A stretch of DNA of 63,835 nucleotides, filler included, from Octopus bimaculoides (lineage: Eukaryota): NCBI RefSeq assembly GCF_001194135.2. It is 4 parts of 4 records of this genome, joined end to end, with 100 filler letters (N's around TTAATTAATTAA, not from the genome) between each part and the next. Parts side by side here need not be neighbours in the genome. Positions count along the whole stretch, not along the records: positions 38,578 to 61,786 come from NC_068997.1; positions 61,887 to 63,835 come from NC_068986.1; 2 more parts are not named here. The stretch is one strand, 5' to 3'. The position numbers were made by a program, and so were the translations under genes. Shown one piece after another: positions 50,479 to 63,147 of this stretch (position 1 is the first letter of the stretch; each line of letters opens with the position of its first letter). Under the pieces are notes generated by a model. That model had not been told where the DNA came from. It did not search any database and saw nothing but the letters and a program-made list of their open reading frames with translations.

Positions 50479-51991
50479 GGTAAATTTTCGTATTTTCACC
50501 CGCACGATTTTCACTTAGAAAAAATATAATATGTGGCTGTTTCTTTCTTTACCCATATTTTTAGATAACATTTTACAGAAATACGTTTTCAAGAGAGAGT
50601 GGATTACATTAGATTGAAAATTCAAGCACATTTAAAAAGAATAAATGAAAATGCTGATGTTATAGAAGTTAGCGGTAATGAAGTCTAAGAAGAGATAAAG
50701 AATAATACAAAATTCATCTGAAAAACACATTAATGTTTTTGTGTGTGTGTATGTGTGAAACAAGTAAAAGTTTGATATTAAAACAAAATATCTTTTTCAT
50801 ACCTCTTAAAATCACTGGATATATATTAATCTCAGATTACAGAATAGATTTGAAAAAGAAATTCACTTTCCTTTTGCAATTTTTGGCGCCAAAATCAGGT
50901 AACTAATGCATTTCATTTCTGTGCGGGGAGAGAGAAAGAGAGACAGTAGAAGTGAGTGAGTGACAAAGTCCACCTAAAGTTTCAATTATATATCATCATC
51001 ATCATCATTGTTTAACGTTGGTATTCCATGCTGGCATGGGTTGGACAGTTTGACTGGGGACTGGCAAGCCAGGAGGCTGCACCAGGCTCCAGTCTGTTCT
51101 GGCAAGGTTTCTACAGCTGGATGCTCTTCCTAACGCCAACCACTCCGAGAGTATAGTGGGTGCCTTTTATGTGCCACTGTCAGGCAGCACTTGCATCGAC
51201 CACTCTTGAATGGTGCTTTTTATGTACTGCTGGCACTGGCATATATAATATGCGGCTGATGCCAGTGCCGGCGGCACGTAAAAAAGCACCATTCGAGTGT
51301 GGTCAATGCCAATGCTGTCTGACTGGCTCCCAGATTTTAAGAGGTTGTATTAATATTATACTTGTTTCACATACACAAACATTAATGTGTTTTTCAGATG
51401 AATTTTGTATTATTCTTTATCTCTCCTCAGACTTCGTTATCGCTAACTTCTATAACCTCAGCATTTTCACTTATTCTTTTCAAACTTGTTTGAATTTTCA
51501 ATCCACACTCTCTCGAAATTTAATATGAGGCTGATGCCAGTGCTAGCAGCATGTAAAAAACACCATTCAAGTATGGTCAATACCAGTGCTGCCTGACTGG
51601 CCCCCATGCTGGTGGCACATAAAAAGCACACACTTTCTTGATAATGTATGCTATGTAAAGGTATGGATAAAGAAAGAAACAGCAAAAATATTTGAAAATA
51701 GGGGGGGAATCCTCGTAAATTCCACCCCACCCCCAATTTTCCGGACCAAAAAAGAGTTTTGTGGCACAGTAGGAGGTCAGTGTAATTCATTCAATGTAAA
51801 AAAAAATTCCAATGATTCCATGATAGGGGGAGGAATTCGGTTCCACCCCCCACACACACCATTTTTCGGAACAAAAATAAGGGGTTTGCGGCACATTAGG
51901 AGGTTAGTGTACTTGATTCCATGGAAAAAAAATCTGAGGCTTTTTTTTTTCCTTAGTGAGAATCGTGCGAGTGAAAGTATCAAAATTTACT
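50479..51991. mobile_element. Non-autonomous DNA element with long inverted arms and GGTAAAT-like termini
   Basis: 50479-50520 is inverted relative to 51950-51991, and about 50593-50812 is inverted relative to 51333-51515; the termini resemble the TIRs at 57919 and 58118. No TSD found. Confidence 0.6.
50995..51330 (-). mobile_element. Short element sharing the RTE 3' tail, with (GAT)n end
   Basis: Reverse complement matches 46990-47163; a further partial piece lies at about 51525-51630. Confidence 0.75.
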
Positions 51992-51999
51992 GAAACTGG

Positions 52000-53935
52000 C
52001 AGGTCAAGGTAATTAAAACAATGCTCCTCGCATGGAACATTACCAAACACTTTTTTTGCAGAAGTCGTGAAGGGTTTTGGTTTTCATCAAACCATGACTA
52101 AAATTGAGAGGAAAAAGAATGAACTCATTTGCTCACATGCCTTAATACAACCACACTTGGAATTATTTGAAAAAATATTTGAAGTGGGGGTGAAGATACA
52201 AAACGGTGAAAAAGAAAAAGAAGCTAGTGACTCCATAGAATCCAAGAAGGATCAGGATAAGGCTAAAAGAGAGCAACAAAATAAAGAAGTCACCAACACC
52301 CTGAACAACTGTGAGTCCAAGAAAAATGCCAAAGTTCACCAGGAGAAACCAAAGGTGAAGACATGCGTGGAGAAGGAAAACAGCAGGAAAAACAAACGAA
52401 GACAAAAGCACCAGCAGGCCAACAGGCTGAGAATGGATGTGGGCCCAAGGTGGGTTCACAAGGAAAATTAGATAGAACCTGCAAAGACAATGGCTCTGGG
52501 AAAAGGAAACCAAACTAGTCTGCCAGTTCTATGTAAAGAGCACCTGCTGACATGGTGACATTGGGACAGGCTGCAGATTTGCTCCATAAGAGTAGTACTC
52601 ATTCCACTCGCCTAAAGACCTGGAAGAGCAGCCTCCAACAACACAGCATCAGATCACAAGATACACTGCCACTACCATGGGAGTGTGTTAATGGTGCACA
52701 CGCTGCTCCTAGGAGGAAACAAAGTGTTGATGCAGTGCAGATAGTGGTTGCTAAACAACAGGCTTTTTTGGCGGTCGCACAGAAGGCTGCAAGGCACCTG
52801 ACCTGGCGGCACCAGACATCAAGTATGAGGAACACTTACTAGTATCCACAACCACCTCAAACAACCTCCGTGCATGTCAAACCAGTGGCCACTACAAACA
52901 CCCTACATGTCACACTAGTATTCTTGCTGAACATCAAGGGCCTTGTAACATCCCAACAATGCAAAACACAGTACCCGAGAGACTTAGTGACAATCTACAT
53001 CCTGGAAGATGTCAGACCTGTGGTCCTGCTGTCACACTCAAACTCAGTCTGTGACACTCTGGTGGTACACATGAAACAGATGAAACTAGTAATATGTATC
53101 ATGTATTGCCCACCAGATGCTCCAAATCATGAGGCTTCATTTGAAGAGAGCCTCCAACAAATGAAAGAAGTATTAACCAACCTGGATGACAGCCTTCTTT
53201 GGGGGAATTACAACCTTCCTTATGTCAAATGGCCCGGGGGCCACCTTCTCTCAGATATGTCATTGCATGGCCTGAGGCATGCAGAATCTCTGCTTGACCT
53301 CACTAACATACTCTTTATAGAGCAAATAGTGCTCCACCCAACATGGGGGAAAATGTCCTGAGCCTCTGCTTCACAAACAACATGGTGCTCATCCATAATG
53401 TTGGGGTGACACTGACGATTTTCTCGGACCATAGCTTAATAGCACAAACAATGTATGGTCTGCAGAAGACTACAGACATGCAGTCTACTAGAAGCACCCA
53501 ACTCATCTCCAGTCAGAACTTTCACAAAGCTGATTGGAAAAGTATCGAGAAAGAGGTAATGGAATATAACTGGTCTGCCAGTCGCTCTACAGAAGACATT
53601 GACATAAAGTTACAACAATTTATGACAATCATGCATGATATCTGCAGTAAGTTTGCTCCAGAGAGAATGCCAAGCCAGCTGAAAATTATAGTAACCAGGG
53701 ATAGGAGAATTCTAATGAGACGATGAGCAAAAATCTCAAATAATCTAAACGGGCCACTCACTAAAGGATAACAAACAACCCTACTTTAAACGAACATTGC
53801 TTGAGATCGAAAATGAACTGAAACGTTCACATAAAAAGGAGAGGAGAGGGAAAAAGCCAAGGCTCGGGCTGTCAGAAATATTAAGACAAACCCTAAAGCC
53901 TGCTATAGATATACAAAAGAATCTGCTTCAGTACT
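52000..53935 (+). mobile_element. CR1/L2-like LINE 5' portion: ORF1 remnant plus APE endonuclease
   Basis: LLNIKGL, ICIMYCPP, LLWGNYNLP (GDFNLP-like), HPTWGENVLSLCFTNN, FSDHSLI, NFHKADW; ends in the linker IKTNPKACYRY. Confidence 0.8.
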
Positions 53936-54148
53936 CACAGTATTAAATAACTGAAACATGAATATATATATATAGGTGTGTGTAAGGGAAAGTGAGAGAG
54001 AAAGATATATATATGTGTGTGTGTGTATAAAAAATGCAAAATGGGACAAGAACGCAAAACATCCAGACAGGTGATACAAGAAAGGGACAACAAAACATCC
54101 AGATAGACGATACAAAGAAAACAAGGACAGGTCATATATATGTTTATG

Positions 54149-54184
<36 letters not shown>

Positions 54185-54285
54185 CATATATATATATACA
54201 CACATAAACTTATATATATGTATATATGTACGTTTATGTATACATATATATGTATATATATAGATATATATATATGTATATTTTA

Positions 54286-54560
54286 TCTATAAAAGGCAGA
54301 TTTTCTCTGTGTGTGTGTGTGTGTATATGTATAAAATTCATACATTTACACAATTCCAAATTTCTTGAATGAAAGAATCGGAATTAATATTCTAAATACA
54401 ATAAGTTAGGTCACAACGTCATTTTTTCAGTCAAAATAACTCCTAATTACGAATAAAATCCATAAAACTACATACAAAATTACTTTGCCCCTCTAAAACA
54501 ATCTACTAAACTATTTCTATTCCTCTTACAAATCGTTTCAATTGCTACTTTCTCTTATGA
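54286..54560 (+). mobile_element. Possible non-autonomous Helitron 5' end
   Basis: A|TCTATAAAAGGCAG followed by an internal (GT)n tract, as in DINE-1-like elements. Confidence 0.35.
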
Positions 54561-54858
54561 ACGTTTACGAATGATCCAAGAAAAAAGACAAAAAAACGAA
54601 GGAAAAAGAGTGAGAGTCAAATAAACAGACACACTACCAATCATACGTAAATACACACATATATCTCCACATATATATGTACCTATGGTTACCAATGACC
54701 TCATTCTAATTGGCGGGAACTGTAAGTTCACTTTCCATTTCTAACTACGTCCTTCACCATGATAGCAACAAAAAAAAAAACAACAGCGAGACATCTTTTT
54801 TCAAATATGATCGGCAAACATTTATTCCCTACAAACTGAGTTTTTTTGAAAATCTTTT

Positions 54859-54948
54859 CATAAATCTTGACATTAACACCCGCACGATTACCTACCTAAC
54901 CCTAACACTATAGTGAAAATCGTGCAGGTGTTAATCTGAAAATTTACC
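54859..54948 (-). mobile_element. 90-bp MITE of the telomere-repeat family with exact 8-bp TSD
   Basis: AATCTTTT at 54851-54858 and 54949-54956; the right TIR matches 58088-58118; internal CCTAACCCTAAC. Confidence 0.8.
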
Positions 54949-56268
54949 AATCTTTTTTAAAACACATTTACTTACTAACATTTTTTTAATTTAGTGTGTG
55001 TTGCCCATATATATATATATATATACACTTAACACTTAGTTGGGAGTTGGGAGTTTGATCGGTAGAGGTCATTATTATTATTATTATTATTATTATTTTA
55101 AATTTTTCCCANNNNNNNNNNNNNNNNNNNNNNNNNNNNNNNNNNNNNNNNNNNNNNNNNNNNNNNNNNNNNNNNNNNNNNNNNNNNNNNNNNNNNNNNN
55201 NNNNNNNNNNNNNNNNNNNNNNNNNNNNNNNNNNNNNNNNNNNNNNNNNNNNNNNNNNNNNNNNNNNNNNNNNNNNNNNNNNNNNNNNNNNNNNNNNNNN
55301 NNNNNNNNNNNNNNNNNNNNNNNNNNNNNNNNNNNNNNNNNNNNNNNNNNNNNNNNNNNNNNNNNNNNNNNNNNNNNNNNNNNNNNNNNNNNNNNNNNNN
55401 NNNNNNNNNNNNNNNNNNNNNNNNNNNNNNNNNNNNNNNNNNNNNNNNNNNNNNNNNNNNNNNNNNNNNNNNNNNNNNNNNNNNNNNNNNNNNNNNNNNN
55501 NNNNNNNNNNNNNNNNNNNNNNNNNNNNNNNNNNNNNNNNNNNNNNNNNNNNNNNNNNNNNNNNNNNNNNNNNNNNNNNNNNNNNNNNNNNNNNNNNNNN
55601 NNNNNNNNNNNNNNNNNNNNNNNNNNNNNNNNNNNNNNNNNNNNNNNNNNNNNNNNNNNNNNNNNNNNNNNNNNNNNNNNNNNNNNNNNNNNNNNNNNNN
55701 NNNNNNNNNNNNNNNNNNNNNNNNNNNNNNNNNNNNNNNNNNNNNNNNNNNNNNNNNNNNNNNNNNNNNNNNNNNNNNNNNNNNNNNNNNNNNNNNNNNN
55801 NNNNNNNNNNNNNNNNNNNNNNNNNNNNNNNNNNNNNNNNNNNNNNNNNNNNNNNNNNNNNNNNNNNNNNNNNNNNNNNNNNNTATATATGTGTGTGTGT
55901 GTGTGTGCATAAACATATATATGACCTGTCCTTGTTTTCTTTGTATCGTCTATCTGGATGTTTTGTTGTCCCTTTCTTGTATCACCTGTCTGGATGTTTT
56001 GACAGAGAATACACATTAATACACACATACATACAAATACCTGTCATTTCTTTTTATTTAGTGTGTGTTTGTGTATTGCCCATATATATATATATATATA
56101 TACACTTAAGACTTAGTTGTGATCTGAACATAACCTCTTCTGGCACAGACAATCAGGAGCCTTTTGGGCATCTTATTTTTCTTGCTGGAAGGATTCCCGA
56201 CCCATGGGCAAAGGGGGATAGATGATGGGGGTGGTGTTTTCAAAGGGCTGGCATGTGCAACCTGATCA

Positions 56269-56322
56269 CCTCTGCTGATCAAACTCCCAACCCGTATGGT
56301 TTGGGAGTTTGATCGGCAGAGG
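56269..56322 (+). other. 22-bp stem-loop before an (ATT)n tract
   Basis: CCTCTGCTGATCAAACTCCCAA pairs with TTGGGAGTTTGATCGGCAGAGG, with one G-T pair. Confidence 0.85.
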
Positions 56323-56559
56323 TCATTATTATCATTATTATTTTACATTTTTCCCACAAGGACGGCTTGGGGTAAGTGGAGATAGACCCCGAAAGATGAA
56401 AAGCAAAGTTGACGTTGGCAGAATTTGAACTCAGAACGTAGAGATGGGCACAAACCTCCTGTTGTGACACTGATTCTGCAGAACAGGGTTGAGTGTGAAA
56501 ACCAACTTTAAAGTGTAAATATAGATGCTTTTGAATCAGCAATATTGTGTTCGGTTAAG

Positions 56560-57005
56560 TCCTATTTGGGGTGAAAAATCAATAAACTGATTCCTTATGG
56601 AGTTTTCCATTTAATCAGGATAAAATTTAAATCGATAAACTGATTCCTAAAAGGATTTCCCAATAAAATTGGCTACACCCCATTTTCAACCATAACTTTT
56701 ACCAATTTTGATGTATTTTGTTCAAACTTGATGCCAGCATTACTTACGACTCATGGGATCTTTCAATGCTTTAAGTTCTCCAAAAACGAAAAAGAAAAAA
56801 AAGAATCGATGTGTGGAAAAAATCAATAAACCAATTCCTTATGGGATAACCCAATCAAGTTGTCTGCAACTCATTTTCAACCAAAAGTTTCAACACATTT
56901 CGCCCAAATTTGACGTCGATGTTACTTAGTTTGGTTTCAAATAAAGAACTTGATTACCTTAATAATCCTAACTTAATCCCGGGCAAAGCTGGGCTATACT
57001 GCTAG
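56560..57005 (+). mobile_element. Helitron-like 3' end
   Basis: CCCGGGCAAAGCTGGG hairpin (56978-56993), then CTAG|T at 57002-57006; upstream are repeats of AATCAATAAACTGATTCCTTA. Confidence 0.65.
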
Positions 57006-57044
57006 TATATATATATATATAAGTCAGTAAATGGTGGGGTTGTG

Positions 57045-57076
<32 letters not shown>

Positions 57077-57918
57077 NNNNNNNNNNNNNNNNNNNNNNNN
57101 NNNNNNNNNNNNNNNNNNNNNNNNNNNNNNNNNNNNNNNNNNNNNNNNNNNNNNNNNNNNNNNNNNNNNNNNNNNNNNNNNNNNNNNNNNNNNNNNNNNN
57201 NNNNNNNNNNNNNNNNNNNNNNNNNNNNNNNNNNNNNNNNNNNNNNNNNNNNNNNNNNNNNNNNNNNNNNNNNNNNNNNNNNNNNNNNNNNNNNNNNNNN
57301 NNNNNNNNNNNNNNNNNNNNNNNNNNNNNNNNNNNNNNNNNNNNNNNNNNNNNNNNNNNNNNNNNNNNNNNNNNNNNNNNNNNNNNNNNNNNNNNNNNNN
57401 NNNNNNNNNNNNNNNNNNNNNNNNNNNNNNNNNNNNNNNNNNNNNNNNNNNNNNNNNNNNNNNNNNNNNNNNNNNNNNNNNNNNNNNNNNNNNNNNNNNN
57501 NNNNNNNNNNNNNNNNNNNNNNNNNNNNNNNNNNNNNNNNNNNNNNNNNNNNNNNNNNNNNNNNNNNNNNNNNNNNNNNNNNNNNNNNNNNNNNNNNNNN
57601 NNNNNNNNNNNNNNNNNNNNNNNNNNNNNNNNNNNNNNNNNNNNNNNNNNNNNNNNNNNNNNNNNNNNNNNNNNNNNNNNNNNNNNNNNNNNNNNNNNNN
57701 NNNNCTCACATACACACACATATATTACTTTGGGAGCGAAAGAGTTTTGTTTATATTTCAGGCTGAAGAAAAAAGTTTATTGACAATCCATTTATTTAAC
57801 AACAATGAAACAAAGAGGTATGTAACAATTTGTCAGTGAATTACACAATATAAATAGGTAAAATTTCCAAGGCTTCCACCCACACCCCAACCCGTTTTTC
57901 GGACCACAAAAAGGGTTT

Positions 57919-58118
57919 GGTAATTTTTCAGATAAACACCTGCACAATTTCCACTAGGGTGTTAGGGTTTTAGAGTTAGGATTAGGGTTAGGGTTAGGAT
58001 TGGTGTTAGCGTTACGGTTTTAGGGTCAGGGTTAGGGTTTAGAGTTAGGTTAGGATTACGGTTAGGTTTAGGGTGTTAGGGTTAGGTAATCGTGCAGGTG
58101 TTAATCTGAAAAATTACC
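57919..58118 (+). mobile_element. 200-bp MITE with 31-bp TIRs, internal degenerate (TTAGGG)n and 8-bp TSD
   Basis: TIRs GGTAATTTTTCAGAT(A/T)AACACCTGCAC(A/G)ATT; flanks AAGGGTTT (57911-57918) and AGGGGTTT (58119-58126). Confidence 0.9.
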
Positions 58119-58299
58119 AGGGGTTTTGTAGCATATTAGTAGGCCAGGATAGTTGATTCCACGCAAAAAATTCGATTTATTTTTTCTTAGTGAAAATCGT
58201 GCGAGTGTTATCTAAAAATTTAGCTGGAGTTATTCATGGTAAATTTGAGATTTAAAAAAAAAATTTATCCATATTCTTAATCTCCGTATTTTCCCTGTA

Positions 58300-59515
58300 C
58301 ATTGAAAAATAGATGGTGAAAAGATCAATGTGTGAGGGGAGTGAAATTCCGAGGATTTCAGCACACCGGTGGAAGGCATCCATTTGGGGGAGCCATGCTT
58401 TTCACATGGGCAACTTTATGTGGCCTGCTCCCATGTGGTTAGTAGAAACGCTCTTTTTGTGTATGCTCCTCAGGGCAGAACACACAATGTTGTCTATAGC
58501 GAAGTTTTATAGACAAGTTGTCATTGCAGCCGATGTGGTTATAAACAGTGATCCGGATTCTTTATTGCCTGAGATATCTTTNNNNNNNNNNNNNNNNNNN
58601 NNNNNNNNNNNNNNNNNNNNNNNNNNNNNNNNNNNNNNNNNNNNNNNNNNNNNNNNNNNNNNNNNNNNNNNNNNNNNNNNNNNNNNNNNNNNNNNNNNNN
58701 NNNNNNNNNNNNNNNNNNNNNNNNNNNNNNNNNNNNNNNNNNNNNNNNNNNNNNNNNNNNNNNNNNNNNNNNNNNNNNNNNNNNNNNNNNNNNNNNNNNN
58801 NNNNNNNNNNNNNNNNNNNNNNNNNNNNNNNNNNNNNNNNNNNNNNNNNNNNNNNNNNNNNNNNNNNNNNNNNNNNNNNNNNNNNNNNNNNNNNNNNNNN
58901 NNNNNNNNNNNNNNNNNNNNNNNNNNNNNNNNNNNNNNNNNNNNNNNNNNNNNNNNNNNNNNNNNNNNNNNNNNNNNNNNNNNNNNNNNNNNNNNNNNNN
59001 NNNNNNNNNNNNNNNNNNNNNNNNNNNNNNNNNNNNNNNNNNNNNNNNNNNNNNNNNNNNNNNNNNNNNNNNNNNNNNNNNNNNNNNNNNNNNNNNNNNN
59101 NNNNNNNNNNNNNNNNNNNNNNNNNNNNNNNNNNNNNNNNNNNNNNNNNNNNNNNNNNNNNNNNNNAGCTTGTGACATATCAAGCCATGATCAACTTTGT
59201 CAAAGGCTTTTGCAAAGTCGAGATATATCACATCAACATTTGAATGGTCAAGTAGCTGCTTCAGGACCCAGTCATAATGCTGCAAGAGCTGCGTGAGGCA
59301 GCTTCTACCTGGACGGAAACCATGCTGGGTCTCATTCAGCAAGTCATTTTCTGCTAGGAACGCAATCAAACTCCTTCTGACAATTCATTCCATGACTTTG
59401 CTAATATGTGAAGTCAGAGAGATGGGCCTGTAGTTCCCAGCCTCTGCCCTGCTTCCACCTTTATGGATAGGACATATGGTGCCTTCCTTCAGCTTTTTGG
59501 GAAGTTTACCATTTG
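58300..59515 (-). mobile_element. CR1/L2-like LINE RT fragment spanning a gap
   Basis: NYRPISLTSH, QHGFRPGRSCLTQLL, VIYLDFAKAFDKVDH; after the gap, KISQAIKNPDHCL. Confidence 0.85.
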
Positions 59516-61786
59516 CAAGGAAACTCTAACTTTTCCATAAACAATTCCATAATAGATACACTGCAAAAATCACCCACCCCAAATGAAAACACACCAATTT
59601 CAGCACGCCTAGTCAAAAACCGCATTAGTCACACTTGGTCCAAAAACCTCAACACCAGAAAACTCATTCTGGAACATGGTAAAAAACAACAATAAGGCAC
59701 AAATATATATAAACAATGGATCAACTCCATACCGTTAATCTTACCACGAAAACTCCAAATCAAACTCATCCCAGATGAACCAGAACAACAACGAATGCTC
59801 TGAGAGAAACTAGCACTAGAAAAAATGAGAACAGAAATTGAATTACTTAAACTCAGAGCTAAGAATCATGAACAAAAATATCAAACGGTCGATGACGAGA
59901 TGAACACAGAATTCACGATACATGCCAATGAACAACTTCTACAAAATGTCATCAAACTATGGAAAGACGACTGTGAATCGGAAGAAATTATTTCACTACA
60001 ACGATGGGAAAACAAGATCAATTTTTTCCTCAGCTACGAATCTCAATTCAAAAAAGACTACACCTCAGACAACCCATTTTTTAAAAAATCCAAAACAAAT
60101 ACATCCACAGAAACCAATAATCGTACACCCAGATCAAACTTCCAACACAGACACACAAAACTACCCCACCACTGGGAAGTCAACAACCACCAACCTTACA
60201 ATAGGAATCCCCCATTAATAGGGAATACCAATAAGAACCACCCAATAATAGGAAACACCAGTAAGAAACAACTCAGGACTAGGAAAAATAATAATAATAA
60301 TTATTATTATTTCAATTCTTTCCCTCCCACAGCTAGAAACAGACAGGGGATCCTACCTACTCCTCAACACAGGAATTCAATTTTCAGAACTACAACTCCC
60401 TCATCTAGACAAAGAGAACAACTTCACAGCATCCCATACTGGAGCAAGCACACCTACAACTCATTCCAACATAAACACCCACACCACATAATCGCAATCA
60501 ACTCACCTACACAGCAATACTCCATCAATAGTAACCCTAACACTGAGAACCCCCTCCAACCTAATTACAACAAACAACATTTTTTAGACAGAGGAGAGAG
60601 ACACAGGGACGCGTTGGAACATATCTTACAAGAGAAACCCAAAATAATCAATTTATCCAAGAAAACTCTCTCCACAACAAAAATCCATATTTTAGCGAAA
60701 GATTTAAAATTTACACCCACTCTGCGTAGACCCAACACCAATGAAATTAAAGATAATATTGCAGAATTCTGGAGAAAACTTCAATTGACAGAACCACTAA
60801 CCAACTACAACAACAATGACGAATCACTAGTGAGAAACAAAAGTAATTACCTACCACCCAAAGGAAGGAATAAAATACTAGACGACTTCTGCAACCATAT
60901 CCAGAATTTTCCTCACACTATCTATAAACCAAAAACTATACCTAACTTCAACAACATACAATGGAAACACCTACTACAGCTAAAAAAGACCTGACAATCA
61001 AAGAAGCAGACAAAGGTAGTGCTGTAGTTGTGATGGACACAGAATACTATAAAACCATAGCATTGTTCATACTAGAAAATGACTCCTTTTATGAAAAAGT
61101 TGCAAATTATAGGCGGCAAAAAACTTTTTAAAATCTTGCAAATTTAAAAAATCTTGCAACTTTAAAAAATCCTGCATACTCAAACATGGAAAAGGCCTGA
61201 CAGAAAAAGAAAAAGACTACATCACAAACTTCAAATGCAAACCAAGCCTTTTCTATGGCCTCCCCAAAATCCACAAGAGTCAAATTATTACTAATGCCTG
61301 CAAATCAAATCCAGGTCTATACAAAAACATCCCAACACCAGAAGACTTATTATTGTTAGCCCAGCCTGTGAAACACACTGCCTAAGCAACGTTCTGGACA
61401 TACTATTGAAACCTCTCCTCAAATACATTAAAAGTTTCATTAGAAGCTCTATTAATCTCCTTCGATGTCATCAACCTCTACACTAACATTCCACATGACT
61501 ACGGAATAGAGGCAATAAAATTCTGGTTAGAAAAATACCCCGAACTTCTCCCGGACCGAATAAACCAGACTTTTGTCACTGAATCCCTGACGTTTATCTT
61601 ACAAAACAATTACTTCCTATTTGATACAACATACTACCGCCAAAAATGCGGTATTGTGATGGGAACGAAAGCAGCACCTGTCCTTGCGAACCTAATAATG
61701 GTTTTTTTTAATCTACCCTATATGAACTTTCGCTCCAAAAATTTGAACCTCATTCCACCAGTATATAAGAGAAAACTGGAAAAGGT
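59515..61786 (+). mobile_element. Penelope-like element: long N-terminal region plus RT, decayed; 3' part lost at a scaffold join
   Basis: IINLSKKTLS...LAKDLKFTPT, IKEADKGSAVVVMD, FYGLPKIHK, GIVMGTKAAPVLANL. Confidence 0.85.
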
Positions 61787-63147
61787 NNNNNNNNNNNNNN
61801 NNNNNNNNNNNNNNNNNNNNNNNNNNNNNNTTAATTAATTAANNNNNNNNNNNNNNNNNNNNNNNNNNNNNNNNNNNNNNNNNNNNTATGTCTGTGTAGT
61901 TATATGCTAACGTATTTATATATATGCATATGTGTGTGTGCGTGTGTATGTTGTTATGTATATATACAACGAGTGAGATGAAAAATTAAGAAACAAAACT
62001 TTGAAAACAGAAATAAATTTCTGTATGTAGATGGATGTCTGTTTTTCTCTGAGTGTTTTCTTTTATAAGCGTCTCTTTATGTGTATTTGATTATGCCTTT
62101 GTATGTTTATGTTTATGTTTATGTGTGTGCGTGTGTGTGTGTGAGTGAGTGAGTCCGTCTGTGTGTGTGTGTGTATTTCCCGTTACCAATATTAATTAAA
62201 TGAACTGTGAGAACTAGTAGCAGAAATCACCAATATTTACGCCCACACTATATTACACCCACACTAAATTACACTTACTCACACAAACACACACACACGC
62301 ACACACACACACACAACACAAGCGCGCGCGCACACACACACTGATTGCTCATTCCTCTCATTAGATTTTTGCAGCTTCCAGAAAAGGGGAAAAAATGAAT
62401 TAATAAAATCACAGTCTTCGATAAGTTGAATAGAAACTAAGGGAAATTTACGATCGTGTGAATCTGAGACGCCGATAAGGTGTGAGTAAATGATGAATCT
62501 AGTCAAATCGATATTTCAGGATATCTCAGGGGAAAAGCTATGTGGCGCTTCTGCACAGAGGTTTTCCCTTGAGGCTAACGAAGTGATATATCAGAGTCAC
62601 GTGATTACAATATTTGTCGGCCATTTAACAACTGTAATTATTGTTCTTTACAGAAATCTAATACCTGATGGGATTTTATATCCTTTGACGAACACAGGGA
62701 TCGAACTCAGACACACACACACACGTACAACAAAAACAAGTGAACAAGTGCGTGGTAATTGGTCAAACGAAAGCTTCTATTTAGTATACCATCGACCCGG
62801 AAAACGATGAGGTGGCATCTATAGCCACAAGAGAAATGAAATGATGCAGAGTATAGTGGCAAAATATTGCGTCCTGAGGGCATTGATTAAAGATATCATT
62901 TTTGGAGTTTAAAAAGTCTCCCTGATCAAGTAAGATTTTCAGAATCCTTGCTTTTTCGGCCAAGCAAAGCTTACAATGATTGTTCGCTTTGAAATGTGGC
63001 CCTTCTATGATTTTGTAGGAGCTTTCATTTGATTAATTGCTGCGTACCTACGTCTTTTAAATTCAAGCGCATTTGGACAGGGATGTGAAATTGCACCTCT
63101 CTAGTATCGAAAATTAGGATATGTATGTATGTGTACATGTATGTATG

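Noticed and set aside
57955-58086. Real telomere or healed chromosome end
   Set aside because: The repeats are degenerate and enclosed by TIRs and a TSD, so they are transposon cargo.
62330-62800. Possible 5' UTR exons (AAG|GTGTGA donor, TTCTTTACAG acceptor)
   Set aside because: No supportable coding identity; needs transcript data.
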